Below the pieces are notes generated by a model, which searched no databases, was not told where the DNA came from, and was given only the letters and a program-made list of their open reading frames with translations. From assembly GCA_001724265.1 (NCBI GenBank), contig MEDY01000320.1, forward strand, positions 1 to 64,000: a DNA stretch of 64,000 bases. The letters run 5' to 3'. Shown piece after piece: positions 1 to 12,453 of the stretch; positions within the stretch are counted from its first letter, which is position 1; every line of letters starts with the position of its first letter. Source of the DNA: Rhizaria sp. SCN 62-66 (lineage: Eukaryota). Made by a program: the position numbers and the translations under genes.

Positions 1-1
1 C

Positions 2-1988
2 GACGGGGGCGCGGGCGGCGACGACGACGACGACGGCGGCCCCCTGGGCGGCGCCGGTGGCGACGGCGGGCTGGGCGGCGACGACGCCGACGACGACGCC
101 GCGCCCGCGCAGGACGACGACGACGACGACGCCGACGACGAAGAGCGCCTCCGCGTCCTCAAGGCCGACGCCGCCGCAGCCGCCGCTGCTGCCGCCGCCG
201 CCGCGTCCGCCGCGCCCGCCTCTGCTGCTGCCGCTGCGACCGCGTCTGCGTCTGCGTCCGGCGCGCTCGTGCCGTCCGGCGCCGACGCCGCTACGCCGCT
301 TGCGTCGTCTTCCGGCGCGCCCGTGGCCTCGAGTGCCGCTTCCGCGGCCGCCGCCGCCTCTGCTGCCGCCGCCGAGCCGCAGCGCTTCGCGTCGCTGTTG
401 CCCGGCCTGGCGGCGGGCCGGCGCTCGCCGCAGTCGGAGGCGCAGCTGCGCAGCCTGTTCGCGAGCCGCGGCCGCGTGCTCGCCGCCGCGGCCGCGCGCA
501 CGCGCACGCGCCTGGCCTTCCTGAACCCGGCGTCGGGCGCGAGCGGGCCCGCGGCGATGTCGGTGGCGGTGTCGTCGCGCGACTGGATGATCGAGGCCAT
601 GGGCGGGCTGTCGATTGACGTGCTGGCAGAGGACGCGCCCGACGCCGCGGCGCTGCGCGAGGGGCTCCTCAGCGAGATCGACACCGAGGAGGAGACTACC
701 GACGACGACGACGCGCGCGGCGCCTACAACCGCTTTACCGACGGCATCGCGCCGCGCCCGCTCTCGCGCCACCGCAAGACCCGCCTTGCGCGCGCCACGG
801 CGGCGGCCTCTGCGGCCGCCGCGGAGTCTAAGATGGGCAGCGGGAGCGCGACGGACGCACTGCTCAACAGCGCTGCCGCGGCCGCGGCCTCGGTGGCGGC
901 GGGCGAGGCGCGCGGCGTGCCCCTGGGCGCGGCCGACGGGCCTGGCGTTACTCTGCACGCCATGTCTGTGCCCACCGCCGTGGTGCCGGCGTCCGTGGCG
1001 GCAGTGCGGCGGCCGACGCCGATGTCGCACCTGCCGCCGCCGTCGTCGCTGCGGCAGCCGGCGGTGCGGCCGCTGTCCCACGACCTGCCCGCCGTGGCCA
1101 TCTGCAACGCGCGCGCGGGCGTGGCGCTGCCGCTGTACTCGCTCGTGACCGAGTCTGCGCCCATGACGGTGCACCTGCACCCCGCCGCGCGCGTGGGCAG
1201 CGCGCTGGCCGAGCCCGAGTCGGTGAAGCAGGCCGTGCTCTCGCAGCGCGTCGCCAAGGAGGTCGACGCGTACCGCGCGTCGGCCGCGCAGGCCGCCGAG
1301 ACGGCCGCGTCGCTGCGCCACCAGCTCGACCTGGTCGCGCAGGGTGCCGGCACCGCGCTGCCGGAGGACATCGCGGCCGCCGAGGTCCAGGAGGCCGAGG
1401 CGCGCGCTAACGCCGTCGCGCTCGCCGCCGCGGGGCAGCCCGTCGAGGTCGCCAAGCGCATCGTCGGAGACTACTTCACCGTCTTCTGGGCCTCGCTGGG
1501 CGCGCCCGCGGCGGGCGGCGACGCGGCCGCTGTCGACGCCGCCAACGCCGCCGCCGCCAACGCCACGGCCGCGGCGGCTGCGGCTGCTGAGGCGGAGGGC
1601 GCGTTGCCGACGATGACTGCGAGCCTCGCCGCAGGCTGCGCGCCCGAGTGGCTGAAGCAGCAGCGCCGGCGCAAGGCCGAGCAGCGGCGCGCGATGCGCG
1701 ACGCGCAGCTCCAGCGCGAGGCCGCGCTCGCCGCCGCGCAGGCCGAGGCCGAGGCGCAGGCTCAGGCGCACGCGCAGGCTCAGGCCCAGGCGCAGGCGCA
1801 GGCGCAGGCACAGGCTGATGAGTCTGCCGCCGCGATGGCCGCGATGCAAGCACATGACGCGATGCAGCCGCACGACGCGATGGCGCACGACGGCGGCAAC
1901 ATGGCCAGCGGCGGCGGCGACAACGCGGTCGAGTTCAGCGGCGGCATGGACCTGCAACAGCAGCAGATGCAGCAGCAGTTCGCCATGC

Positions 1989-2033
<45 letters not shown>

Positions 2034-2363
2034 GTGGTGAGAGCGTGGCGCCTGACGCGGGCGCGTTCGAGCACGACCAACAGACGCTCGCCCTCTTCCA
2101 GCTCCACCAGCTCCAGCAACAGCAACAACAGCAACAGCAGCTGGATGCTGTACAGGATGGCAGCATGCAGATGCACGACCCCGCGCAGGCGCAGGCGATG
2201 CACGACAACGCGGCCGCCATGCACGATGGCGCGCAGGCCATGCACGACGCCGCGGCCGCCGCGGCCGACTCCGCGTTGCCGCTGCTGCCCCCTGCTGGCG
2301 CAGACGACGCCGCTGCCGCTGCCGTTGCCGCTGCTGGCGCTGAGGCCGCCGAGCTGCACCACC

Positions 2364-2405
<42 letters not shown>

Positions 2406-2659
2406 GGCACAGCGGCGCGGTGGCTGCGCCGGACGCGGCCGTGGCGGGCATCGAGGCCGAGCTCGAGGGCTTCGGCGCCCCCGCTGCGCCTCAGGAGTTC
2501 GCCAATGCCGCCGTCGTTGCCGCTGCGCAGCATGAGGGCCTCGAGCCCACGCAGATGACCGACCCGGCCGCGGCGGGGCAGGGTGCGGAGCTCGGCGGCG
2601 TTGACACCAACAACGCGTTCGGTGTCCCGAACGTGTTCGAGGACTTTGGCCCCCAGTGA
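2..2659 (+). CDS. 5'-truncated hypothetical protein, Asp/Ala/Gln-rich (3' part of a longer gene)
   Basis: The frame of ORF 269..2659 is open back to position 2 (GAC GGG GGC GCG..., DGGAGGDDDDD), has GC-rich coding-like codon usage and ends in TGA before an AT-rich spacer. No domain recognised. Confidence 0.8.
1991..2032 (+). repeat. (CAG)14 microsatellite encoding polyGln; a second (CAG)12 at 2369-2404
   Basis: Pure CAG runs seen directly, in frame with the CDS. Confidence 0.95.
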
Positions 2660-3004
2660 GTGGGTGGGCTTCATGTGACTTAGCATCCCTTAACCAAGTA
2701 CAGTAATTACAATTGATCTTCTCTCTGTGAATCCATTTCAAAAGCATACATACTCTTCTTTCAACTCGAAACCCTTTAAGTATCTATCATAATTGCTGTC
2801 TAAAATTGGCACCACGACAGACTGCCCGCCCTATAGCATTGATTTACATTTTCCGTGACATTGCCGCAGAAACGACTGCGCTCTGATGACAGCACATGGA
2901 TTTTATGGCATTTTCGTTCTTCAACCACCTCTTATAGTCCGTCAGCGCGACATTGGGCTGTTAATATAGATAATTTATTACTACTTCTATAATATCCTAT
3001 AATA

Positions 3005-4954
3005 ATGGATCAACTGTCTTCAGCTGTCGCCCGTGTTGAGGCTAGTTTTGACACGTGCTTTAAGTTGGCGGAGGATAACAATGGGCGATTTCTTGCCGTC
3101 GCCCAGCTCATTCGTCCTTCACGGCGTAAGATTGCCGCCTCTTTGCAGCGCACAACTGTGAGCATGTCGTTGGCGGACCAACTGGCTTTCCTTAGCACGC
3201 CTCTTTCATCGTGCCCGCTCGTCTCAAAGGCGCAACCACGTGCTCCTTGGCCAGAAGGCGTGAAGCCTCCGACACTCTCTGCCACGTTCGCGCCGTGGGA
3301 AGGGCTTTGGAAGCTTATCTGCTCAAGCATGACGCAGAGCTCTTTACAATCATCCTCGCCCGTTGACGTGGCTGACGGCGCCGCGTTGCTGTTGTCCCTG
3401 TGCATGGACATGCTGCGCGTGGCCACGACAACGACACAGGCTGCGCTCGACTCATCACCCGCGCTCCGCATGCGCGCCACTCCTGCTCCCATCCAACCGG
3501 CCTTCCCGTCCCGCCTATGGTGCGACTGCGCTGACGTCGCGCTTGCCGCCTGCGCCGCGCTCGCCGCCAGCGCTGCCCCCGCGCCGCGCGCGCTCGCCGC
3601 CGCTGTGGGCGCGGAGCTGCCCCTGCTCGCATCGCTCTCGACGCTCGAGCACCTCGAGCTCTACCTCGCCACTGCGAACGTGGACGCCGCCGCGCGCTTA
3701 GACGCCGTTGTGCCGCCTGTGCTCCCGCGGTTTACCAGCGCGGCAGCCTTCTTCGCGCGCTTCAGCCGGCCCACGCCGCCCCCGCGCGGCGCGTGCCTCG
3801 TGTCCGACACCGCCGCGGCCGCGCTTGCTGCCTGCGAGGCGGGCGCCACGGCGCGGCAACTGCGGCAGCACGGCATGGCCGTCTTCCCGGGCGCGCTACC
3901 GCCGGCGCTGGCGGCGCAGTGGCGCGCGGCCGCCGTGGGCGAGCTGGCCCGTCTGCTGACCCGCGTGCACGCACACGCTGGCCCCGCGGGCGCGGCGCTG
4001 CGGTCGCGTGCGCTCGATCCGCGCGGCGGGTTCAGCGAGGTCGTGTACCGCTCGCGCGGGCGCTTTGACGTGCGGTCGGTCGCCGTCGTGCGCCCCGCTA
4101 TTGAGCGTCTCATGGCCGCAGCAGACCGCGCCGAGGCCACGCGCAAGGGCAAAGGGTCCAGCACGCAGAGCACTGCAAGCGGCGATGACGCAAAGAGCGA
4201 AGTGAAGAAGAGCGGCGCGAACAGTGAGGATTGTGGCACGGAGTTCGACGGCGTGCCCGCGTGGCTGTGGGCGGTGCGCGAGGTGCTGGGCGCTGACGCG
4301 CGGCTCCACTTCGCGGGCTGCGTCGTCGCGCTGCCGGGCGCGGAGCCGCAGCAGTGGCATCGCGATGGCGGTTCGCTCTACTCCGTCGCCGAGCTGGCGC
4401 GCGCGGCCGCCGTGCCCGAGGCGGCGCTGGTGCCCGACGCCTCGGCCGCGTTCGCCTTCCAGGTCTTTATCCCGCTCGTGGATCTGGACGTCGGCAACGG
4501 CCCCACGCAGTTCATGCCCGACACCCACCTCGCGCCGGAGTTCGCCAAGCTGGACCGCTTCTACGACGAGGCGCGCGCGCTCGCGGCCGCGCCCGCGGAC
4601 CCGCGCGCGCGCGTGGCGGCGGGACCCGTCGTCGTGGCGCCGCTGGGCCGCGCGGGCGACGCTGTGATCATGGACTACCGCACCATGCACGCCGGCGCCG
4701 CCTACCCGCGGTCCGTGCAGCACGGCGACGCGGAGTGGAGCAGCACGCCCGCGGAGCAAATCAAGCAGGCGCTGGACCGGCTGCCGCGCGCGCGCCCGCT
4801 GCTGTCACTGACGTTTGCCAAGCCGTGGTGGCGCGACAGCCACAACTACGAGAACCCCTCCATCAATGAGTTTATCGCCGAGGCAGAGAACGCCAAACAA
4901 AACACAGCGGCCAACGCAAACACTGCTTCAAGCACAATGACTACCTAGAGTTAA
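3005..4954 (+). CDS. Phytanoyl-CoA dioxygenase (PhyH)-like Fe(II)/2-oxoglutarate oxygenase
   Basis: Motifs QQWHRDG (HxD), GPTQFMPDTH, GDAVIMDYRTMHAG (distal His) and RPLLSLTF. The standard code ends at TAG 4946-4948; with UAG read as sense the gene ends at TAA 4952-4954 (ACC TAG AGT TAA). Confidence 0.8.
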
Positions 4955-5211
4955 TTTAAGATTTAAAATCAATCATACGGAATAATTATTTGTATCTGCT
5001 AACAATACACAAGTAGTATCTCATTCATACAATTGTATTGTGGAGCCATGAAACGTCTTGCAAATCTAAGTAGTATCTCCGAAGTTTGTTGACAAAACTG
5101 CGAGAAAAGGACAAGACAGAGTTAAGGCTGATTTAGACACAAATCCTCCCACAAATCCCCCCAAATGTTCTAAGTAACATAGTATTCGTAAGAGAGCGCG
5201 TGGCCGCCGCA

Positions 5212-8137
5212 TCAGTCGTAGATGTTGAAGTGGTCGTTGTTCTGGTGCGAGCGCAGCTTCTCTCCGACGACGCGGTGCACAACGCCCTCCTTGGGCCCCG
5301 ACCGCGCGGACGCGGACCGCGGGTTCTCGCGCGGGCGCGCCGAGCCCTCGCGCTTGCTCGCCGCCGCGGCCGCGGTCTCGCGCGCGTCGCCCGCGCGGTC
5401 CTTCTTGAACAGCGAGCCCAGTCCGACGGGCGCGCCGACGAAGCAGCGCTTGCCGTAGCGGTCGACGTGGCAGTACGGCCCAGGTTCCGTGTGCGCGGGC
5501 GGCTCGCGCAGGTAGAACCGCGCGTCGCCGCCTGCGGGGCCCTCGGCGCGCGCGCGCAGGTGCGGTCCGTGGAGCCCGCCCGCGTGTTGCGTCGTCAGCG
5601 CGGGGGACACGGCGACGACAACGCGGGGCTGCGCCGCGGCCTGCGCGCGCGTGCCCGCCATCGGCGTGTATACGCGCGACGAGACCCAGGGCTCCGCCAC
5701 GCCGCCCGCCGCGCCTGAGTTGTGGCCGTGCCCGTCGTAACCGTGACCGTGCCCGTGGCCGCTGTGGCCACCGCCGTTATAGCCGGTGTCGTAGTCATCG
5801 CCGTAGTCGCCGCCGTCGTTCAGCGGCACGAACACGGACTGTTGCTGCTGCTGTGTATAGCCGTAGCCTGCGTCGCCGAGCCCGCGGTGCGCGTGGACGC
5901 TGCCGCAGCCGCTGTCCCCCGCCCCATTACTATGCGGTGCGGGCGTGATGATACACCGAGCGGGGCCCGGGCCGTAGTCCTCGAATCCTGGCACCGGCGC
6001 CCACAGCGTCTGACTCTGCATCTGGCTCTGCATCTGACTCTGCGCCTGCGCTTGTGCCTGCGCGTATGTGGGTGCTGTGAGCACGATGCCGCGGCTCTGA
6101 TGCTGCTGCTGCTGTGCTGACACGGGCACGGCTAAGAACGCCGGCTCCGGCGCCGCCGCCGCGGGTGGAGGGCCCGCCGCGGCCGAGTGCGAGGGGTACA
6201 TGTGGTTGTGCTGCGCCGCGCGCCGGTGCTGTTGCGCCAGCATCGCGCGCCGCTGCTCCCCGTTCAGCGGCGGCGTCGCGGCGGCAGGGCCGGAAAGGGG
6301 GGAGGGAGCACCGCGGCGCGCGCGGCTGCCGGGCCGCGTGATCGTCACCGGCGGCGACGGCGCGCGCACCGGCACCGCGCGCGGCGGCGTCTGCGCACGC
6401 TGCTGCTGCTGCTGCGGCTGACGGCCACGGTTTTGAGTCGGGGTGACGGCGACGGCGACGCGTTCCGGCCGCGCTCCCGGCCGCGCCAGCGCCATCTGCG
6501 TCTCTCCAGCGGTAGCGGGGCCGACAGTGGGCGCGGGCGAGGGCTGGTGGCGCATCCCAGCTGCAGGCTGCTGCTGGGATCCTGACTGTGCGTTGGCGCG
6601 GGCGGCCATGGCGGAGGCGTTGCGCTGCAGCGGCCGGTTGACGTCCCGCTCCCACCGGTCATCACCCGCGCCGTACGCATTGGAAGCAACGGCGGGACCC
6701 ATCAGCGCGGCCGCGACGCCGCCCTCCGCCGCAGCCCAGGCGCGGTGGGGGTCGGCGCCCGCGGCGGGCGCGGCCCAGCCCCCGACCGTGGGCTGCGCGG
6801 CGCCGACCACTGGGTTCGCCGCCTGCCACGCCTGCGCGTGCAGCAGTGCGGGCGCCGCGTTGCCCGCAGCGTAGCTGCTCGCGTACTGCGGCGTGGCAGC
6901 CCGGCCGTTGTTCGTCCTGTTGCTGTTATTGTTGTGGTGATTGTTAGAGGACGGGTGGCCCCACCAGGGCTCGCTGTCGGCGGTGCCGGCGCCCTCGGTC
7001 TGCGCGCGCGGCGGCACCGGCGCCGGGGCCGCGGCGGCGGCGGCCAGCGCGGCGGCCTCGGCGCCGTCCAGCACCCACCCGGCAGGCGCGGCGTGCGCGC
7101 GCGCGCGGGCGCGGGCCGCGGGGCCGGCGGGCGCGCCGGGGGGCAGCCCGGTCACACCAGCGGCGCCTGATCCGGGACGCGCGGCGCCGAAGACGGCTGC
7201 GGCGGGGACTACGGAGGTGTCTGCGCCAAAGGCCTGCTGCTGCTGGCGGCCGTAGTGCTGCGCGGCGAGCTGCTGCGGCGCCGCCAGCGGCACGGGCGTG
7301 GGGATATACACCAGCGGCGTGTGCGGGGTCGCGGGCCGCTGATGCTGCTACGAGGCTTTGACCTGCGCCACTGCGGGCGGCCGGCCCGCCACGTGCGCGG
7401 CCCACGCAACCGCTTCGTCTGACTGCTGCTGCTGCTGCTTGCTGCGGGCGGCGGAGGCGACGGCGGCGGAGAGGAAGGCCTGCTGGTTGTACTGGTTCTG
7501 CGGCGGCGCGTGGGAGCCTGTGGCAACGGCGGGCGGCGCGGCTGTGGGCGCGTAGGGCGCCGTGTGCGCGTGATTATTGTCGCTGTAGTTGTTGTAGTTG
7601 TTGTAGCTACTGTTATCGGCGATGTAGAAGGGGCGTGACGCGTCGCCCCCGCTGCCGGGTCGCGCGGCGACCGCGATCACGGGCCCCGCAAACGGCACGA
7701 GCTCGGAGCGCGGGATCGCCACTGCGCCGGTGTTGTGGGCCGACGGGGCGGCGTACTGAGGTCCCTGTGGCTGCTGATACTGTTCGCTTTGACCGGGAGC
7801 GGGGGCCCAGACGGGCTGCCAGGCCTCGACCATGGGGTCCAGTGCGGGGGCAGCGGCTCCGGGCGCGGGCTGCCACAAGGATAACGCGGGGAGCACCTTG
7901 TGCAGCTTGACGGGCGGCACAAACGACGGTACAACCGTTTGCGACGGCTGCGGGGAGAGAGAAGGAAAGAACGAGAAGGAAGTGAAGTGAGAAGCGTGAG
8001 GTTACGCGAGTCATAGCGAGGTATGAAAAAGCAACCAAGAGCAGTAAATAGCGCGGGAGTAAAGAACGTACCGTGGCCACGCGCGGGTTAATCCATCCGC
8101 CGTATGCAGGAATGGGTGTCGCGCCTGTTGAGGCCAT
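5212..8137 (-). CDS. Hypothetical Ala/Pro/Gln-rich protein, about 933 aa; exons 8137-8072 and 7947-5212; one internal TAG at 7348-7350
   Basis: ATG at 8137, then a phase-0 intron 8071-7948 (GTACGT...pyrimidine-rich...CAG). ORFs 7348..7920 and 5212..7311 share a frame and are separated only by a TAG (VKAS*QHQRPATPHTPLVYIP). Ends in TGA. Confidence 0.75.
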
Positions 8138-8807
8138 AAAACACCTGTGAGTGAGGAGGGCGAAAGGGCGTTTCGTGAGGTTCGGGTCGGAGGAGGAAAT
8201 GGGGTCAAATTATGAGCTGAGATGTAGCAATTGAAAACCCGATAGTAAACATCATAGATAAAACCGAAAATGAAACAGATGTGACATTTGACGACAAGAC
8301 AATCGCGCTAGGACATTGTTTCATTTAAGCGTCGAGCCTCAACTTGAGTCTGATTTTTCGGTCCTGCCTCGACCTGCGATCGTCCGAGAGCATGCTTTTT
8401 GAGGCCATCGCAACCCTCCACGTTCAAAAGCAAGGCTCGCTTGGAGCGGCTAATGACCACATTTGGAAGTTACAGCGCTCTATGGTATTTTGCGAGTTCT
8501 GGGACTCGTTCCTTTTTGGTGTAAGGTCGCTTGGTGGTTTTTCTACGGCGTACCAACTGACTTAATCTCGCTCCCTCGCCAGTCGTCGACGAGCTTAGTC
8601 GGCGAACTCTTTACTATGCCTACCAGCCCTTGTTTTAACTAAATTTGATTTCAACGAGTATTATCTGTGCTTTCAACATAATGAGCTTGCTCACACTGCT
8701 ATTCTCTTTACTTACGCGTCCATACCCCTGTGGACAGAACCTTACTTTGACCGTTAAAGCATCTTGGCCAGTGACTCGACTGAACGCATTGGCAGGGTTT
8801 CCGCGAA

Positions 8808-10313
8808 ATGGGCAACACTTGTAGCGCTGAGGGCGCTTGTTGCGCGAGTGATCCTCGTGCTGGCCTTGACCCGTCCGCCTCGGTGCCTGAGGAGACGCAC
8901 AACGCGGCCCCCACGCCGCGCCAGACGGGCGCCGCCTCGAACCCCGCCGCACCGCCCTCCAACGCCGGGGGCGCGGCGCCCGGCGCGCCCGCGGGCGCCG
9001 AACCCCCCGCCGGCGGCGCCGCTTCTGTGGCGCCCCGCGCGCCGTCTGTGGCGCCTGGCGCCGCGGCGGCGACCGCGAGCGCGTCTGCGCTGCCGCCGCC
9101 CGGGCCGCACGAGCCGAAGCAGTTCAGCAAAACGTTCCGCATTCTGCTGCTGGGCGCGGGCGAGTCCGGCAAGACGACGTTCACGCAACAGCTGTCGCTG
9201 ATCCACAACATCAACCAGATCTCTGAGGAGGAGCGCAAGCGCAACACGCTGCAGGCGCTACACGAGAACGTCATCCAGTGCATGTCAGCGACGGCCGCCA
9301 ACGCCATGCGCCTGGGCTACTCGCTCTCACAGGAAGAGGCGGAGAAGCTCGACGCGATCAAGACTGCGCCGAAGCTCGACCGCATTTTCGCCGAGGACGT
9401 GCTGCAGCTGTGGAACACCGAAGTGATGCAGCGCTCGTACCAGCAGAAGAACAAGTACTGGGTGCTCGACACAGCCGAGTGGCTCATCGCCAACGTCACG
9501 CGCTTCGCCGATGAGGCGTACTCGCCGACGCGCGAGGACATCATCCTGTCGCGCCGCCGCACCACGGGCATTACTGAGCACACGTACATCGTTGACGATA
9601 CGGCTTTCACGATCATCGACGTCGGCGGCCAGCGTGCAGAGCGTCGCAAGTGGGTGCAGTTCTTTGCCGACGTTCACTGCATCGTCTTCTTCGTTTCGGC
9701 CATCGGCTTCTGCAAGGTGCTGTTCGAGGACCGCAACACGTACCAGATGAAGGAAGCGCTGGAGCTATTCTCGGCGACGTTCCGCGTGCCCGCGCCGCAG
9801 ACGGGGCCACGCATCGACAACGACTGGCAGGACTACGTGTTTGAAACAACACCCATCCACGTCGTCTTCAACAAGATGGACATGCTCGAGGCCTCGCTAG
9901 GCAAGCACAACCTCTCGTCGTGTTTCCCGTCGTATAAGGCGCAGAACCTGCCGGACCCAGTGATGCAGTTCCTGCAGCAGACGTTCGTGGAGCGCGTGTC
10001 GTCGATCCGCGCGCCGCCCGACTTCCACCGTATCTCGGCCACCAACGAGGCCGATGTGCACGAGCTTTTCTCCAAGATCTCCAACTTCCTTGTCGAGAAG
10101 GAAAAGGCCGGCATCGCGCTCAACATGTTCATGCAGGTGGAGAAGCAGCGCGAGAAGGATGCGGCCAACAACCCGCGGTCGCCGCCCGCCGAACTCGCGC
10201 GCCAGCGCACCCGCCAGAACCTCAACGGCGGCGGCAAGGACGCCGAGCAGGACAAGAAGCGCAGCCGCCAGCGCATGAAGCGCATCCAAGAGCTCATGCG
10301 CGACGGCTCATGA
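8808..10313 (+). CDS. Heterotrimeric G-protein alpha subunit with N- and C-terminal extensions
   Basis: G-box motifs GAGESGKTT, RRRTTGI, DVGGQR, NKMD and SAT; N-terminal MGNTCS (myristoylation-type) with nearby Cys residues; ends in TGA. Confidence 0.95.
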   Translation: MGNTCSAEGACCASDPRAGLDPSASVPEETHNAAPTPRQTGAASNPAAPPSNAGGAAPGAPAGAEPPAGGAASVAPRAPSVAPGAAAATASASALPPPGPHEPKQFSKTFRILLLGAGESGKTTFTQQLSLIHNINQISEEERKRNTLQALHENVIQCMSATAANAMRLGYSLSQEEAEKLDAIKTAPKLDRIFAEDVLQLWNTEVMQRSYQQKNKYWVLDTAEWLIANVTRFADEAYSPTREDIILSRRRTTGITEHTYIVDDTAFTIIDVGGQRAERRKWVQFFADVHCIVFFVSAIGFCKVLFEDRNTYQMKEALELFSATFRVPAPQTGPRIDNDWQDYVFETTPIHVVFNKMDMLEASLGKHNLSSCFPSYKAQNLPDPVMQFLQQTFVERVSSIRAPPDFHRISATNEADVHELFSKISNFLVEKEKAGIALNMFMQVEKQREKDAANNPRSPPAELARQRTRQNLNGGGKDAEQDKKRSRQRMKRIQELMRDGS

Positions 10314-12453
10314 ACATTCGATACTACACAGCAACAGCAACGAAGCGAACACTAAACGCTTGGCCTATCATACAACGCGACTACGAACTCGACGCCGTGT
10401 CTTTCTTCTGTTTGTCTGTATGAATGCGTGCGTGCGAGTTGTGTGCTGATTACTCTTGTTTTTTGATCGCGCGGCTCGGCGTTCGCCTTGCTTGCAGATG
10501 CGATGCGTGACTCTTTGCCTGTCCGTTGAGATGCTTCGTTAGTCGTACAAATGATCCCTGTTTTGCTGTCTCGCTCACACAGCTCTGGCTTGCGTGTGAC
10601 TCCTGTTTGGCTTGACTTGCTGTATTTTGGTTTGCTTTTGTTTTCTCACTCATCTTAAGATGTTCGTTTTTCTTGAGTGCGTGATTTGTCGTGATGTGTC
10701 TTTGCTCCGTGTATTGTAGTCTCGCTAAAATAGCTGGCTGTGTTGACTTTATATTCAGAACCAACCTCGCTCCTGCACTCCTCTGACTCTCCGACTCGAC
10801 TGCAGTGAAACTTTGCTCTGCACCGCACTGCCCACGCACACACGCGCACGCGTACTCATGCACATGTACATACGTGCACACATCGGGGCCCGGGGCCTGG
10901 CCGCGGCCACGCCTTGCTTTATGTCACTACTATTTCTCCGCTCCGTCAAAACTCAAAACTCAAAATGATCATGATATCACTCAAGCTATTGCATGCATAC
11001 CGCACCCCACCGCCGTTGTCGCCGCTACTCTGCCGCTGCGTCGTGTGTTTTTGCTCTATGTCTGCTCTCTGTGTGTGCTTCTGCGTGCGCCGGCGCCTTG
11101 TTTTAGCCGCCATGTGTCGTTCGCATGTCTCTTTGTCCCCCGTCTCTCTCTGCTGTTTCTTGTCGGCCCGGCCGCTCGGCGACTCGTCGGTTCATATCTG
11201 CTTTGGGGGCTCAGTCTGCGCCATTTGCAAGCGCGCTATCCCTCACTGCACTACGACCGGTCTTGCTCACCGCGTTGCGACGCCGGCTAATGCGTTTACT
11301 GCTACTTGAAGCAATAATCATAAGTATTAACCCTCTTGTTTCTTAGTACGCCGTATGTGCCTGTGTGGTCCTGCTCCCCCCGCATTGAGTGTGGCCTGAT
11401 TCATTCTTCCGCTCGCTCGCCCCGTCCTGAGCCGCTGCGCCTGTCACTGTGACCGTGACTGTTGTTGCTGTGACGTGGCGTGGCTGAGGCGGGGCTTATA
11501 TGTTGTTCCTGTGCGGGTGCGCGCACCGTGGGTGCAGTGCCGTCGCTTTTTTGAAATGAAATTATTTGCTTGCTTTTTCGCTTTACGAATTTGTCTTTTT
11601 AATATCAGCTTTACCTTCTGTTTTTGTTTCCTCCTTTGCATCTGTCATAAACGTACAGCATGCGAGTTCCGAGCATGTTGCTTTTTGTCTTCTTCTCTGT
11701 GTGCGCGGCAACCCGTTCCGTTGTTGGTCAGTTTGTTGCGCTCTAACTCAGGTGTGTTGTGTTGTGTTCAAATTGCGTTTTTGTCTTGTCCTCGTTTTCC
11801 CCCTCTGCTGGTTGCGCTTCGCTTATTAAAGTATCTTTTGCTTTTTGACTGATTTACCCCGTGAAGAAGCCTCAACCCGTCCGTGCAGTGGTATGTCGGT
11901 GATTTCACCGACATGCCAGCATCAGCAGCAAGCAACCTCAACACTGCCAACAAACAACAGCAATAACACGTCGCATGTATTTTCTTTATCTTTTGTGATA
12001 CGTACGTATTTCAGACTACGATACAATCAAATAAACAGATTTTATAGTTAAACATGTCACTTGGTCGTTGGATTAAGACAGGCTCTAGACAGGCTCTAGA
12101 CAAGGAGTGAGTTGAAGATAAAATAATTTCTATTGTAGAAAAATGATAACTGTGCGTGCGAAGTTCGCCGACAAGCGTAATGGTACATTCAGCGCAGTCA
12201 ACAACACGCGCACGTGCGCGCGATGTGAAGCGTTAAAGTGACACTGGTCAAAGCAACGCGGTCCACCTTCCGAAAACTGACATACAAACTCTCAGTCTCT
12301 CGTACTCTTTTTTTAGTACTCAACCTAACTCTTCTATTCTTTTTTCCCCAACCTTAACCTCAAACCGAACAATTCAAACTGTGCATTGAATCTGCACAAC
12401 ATCACCACTCACAACAGCACTCACTTCTCAGCGCTTCACTTAAGTAGTCGTAC

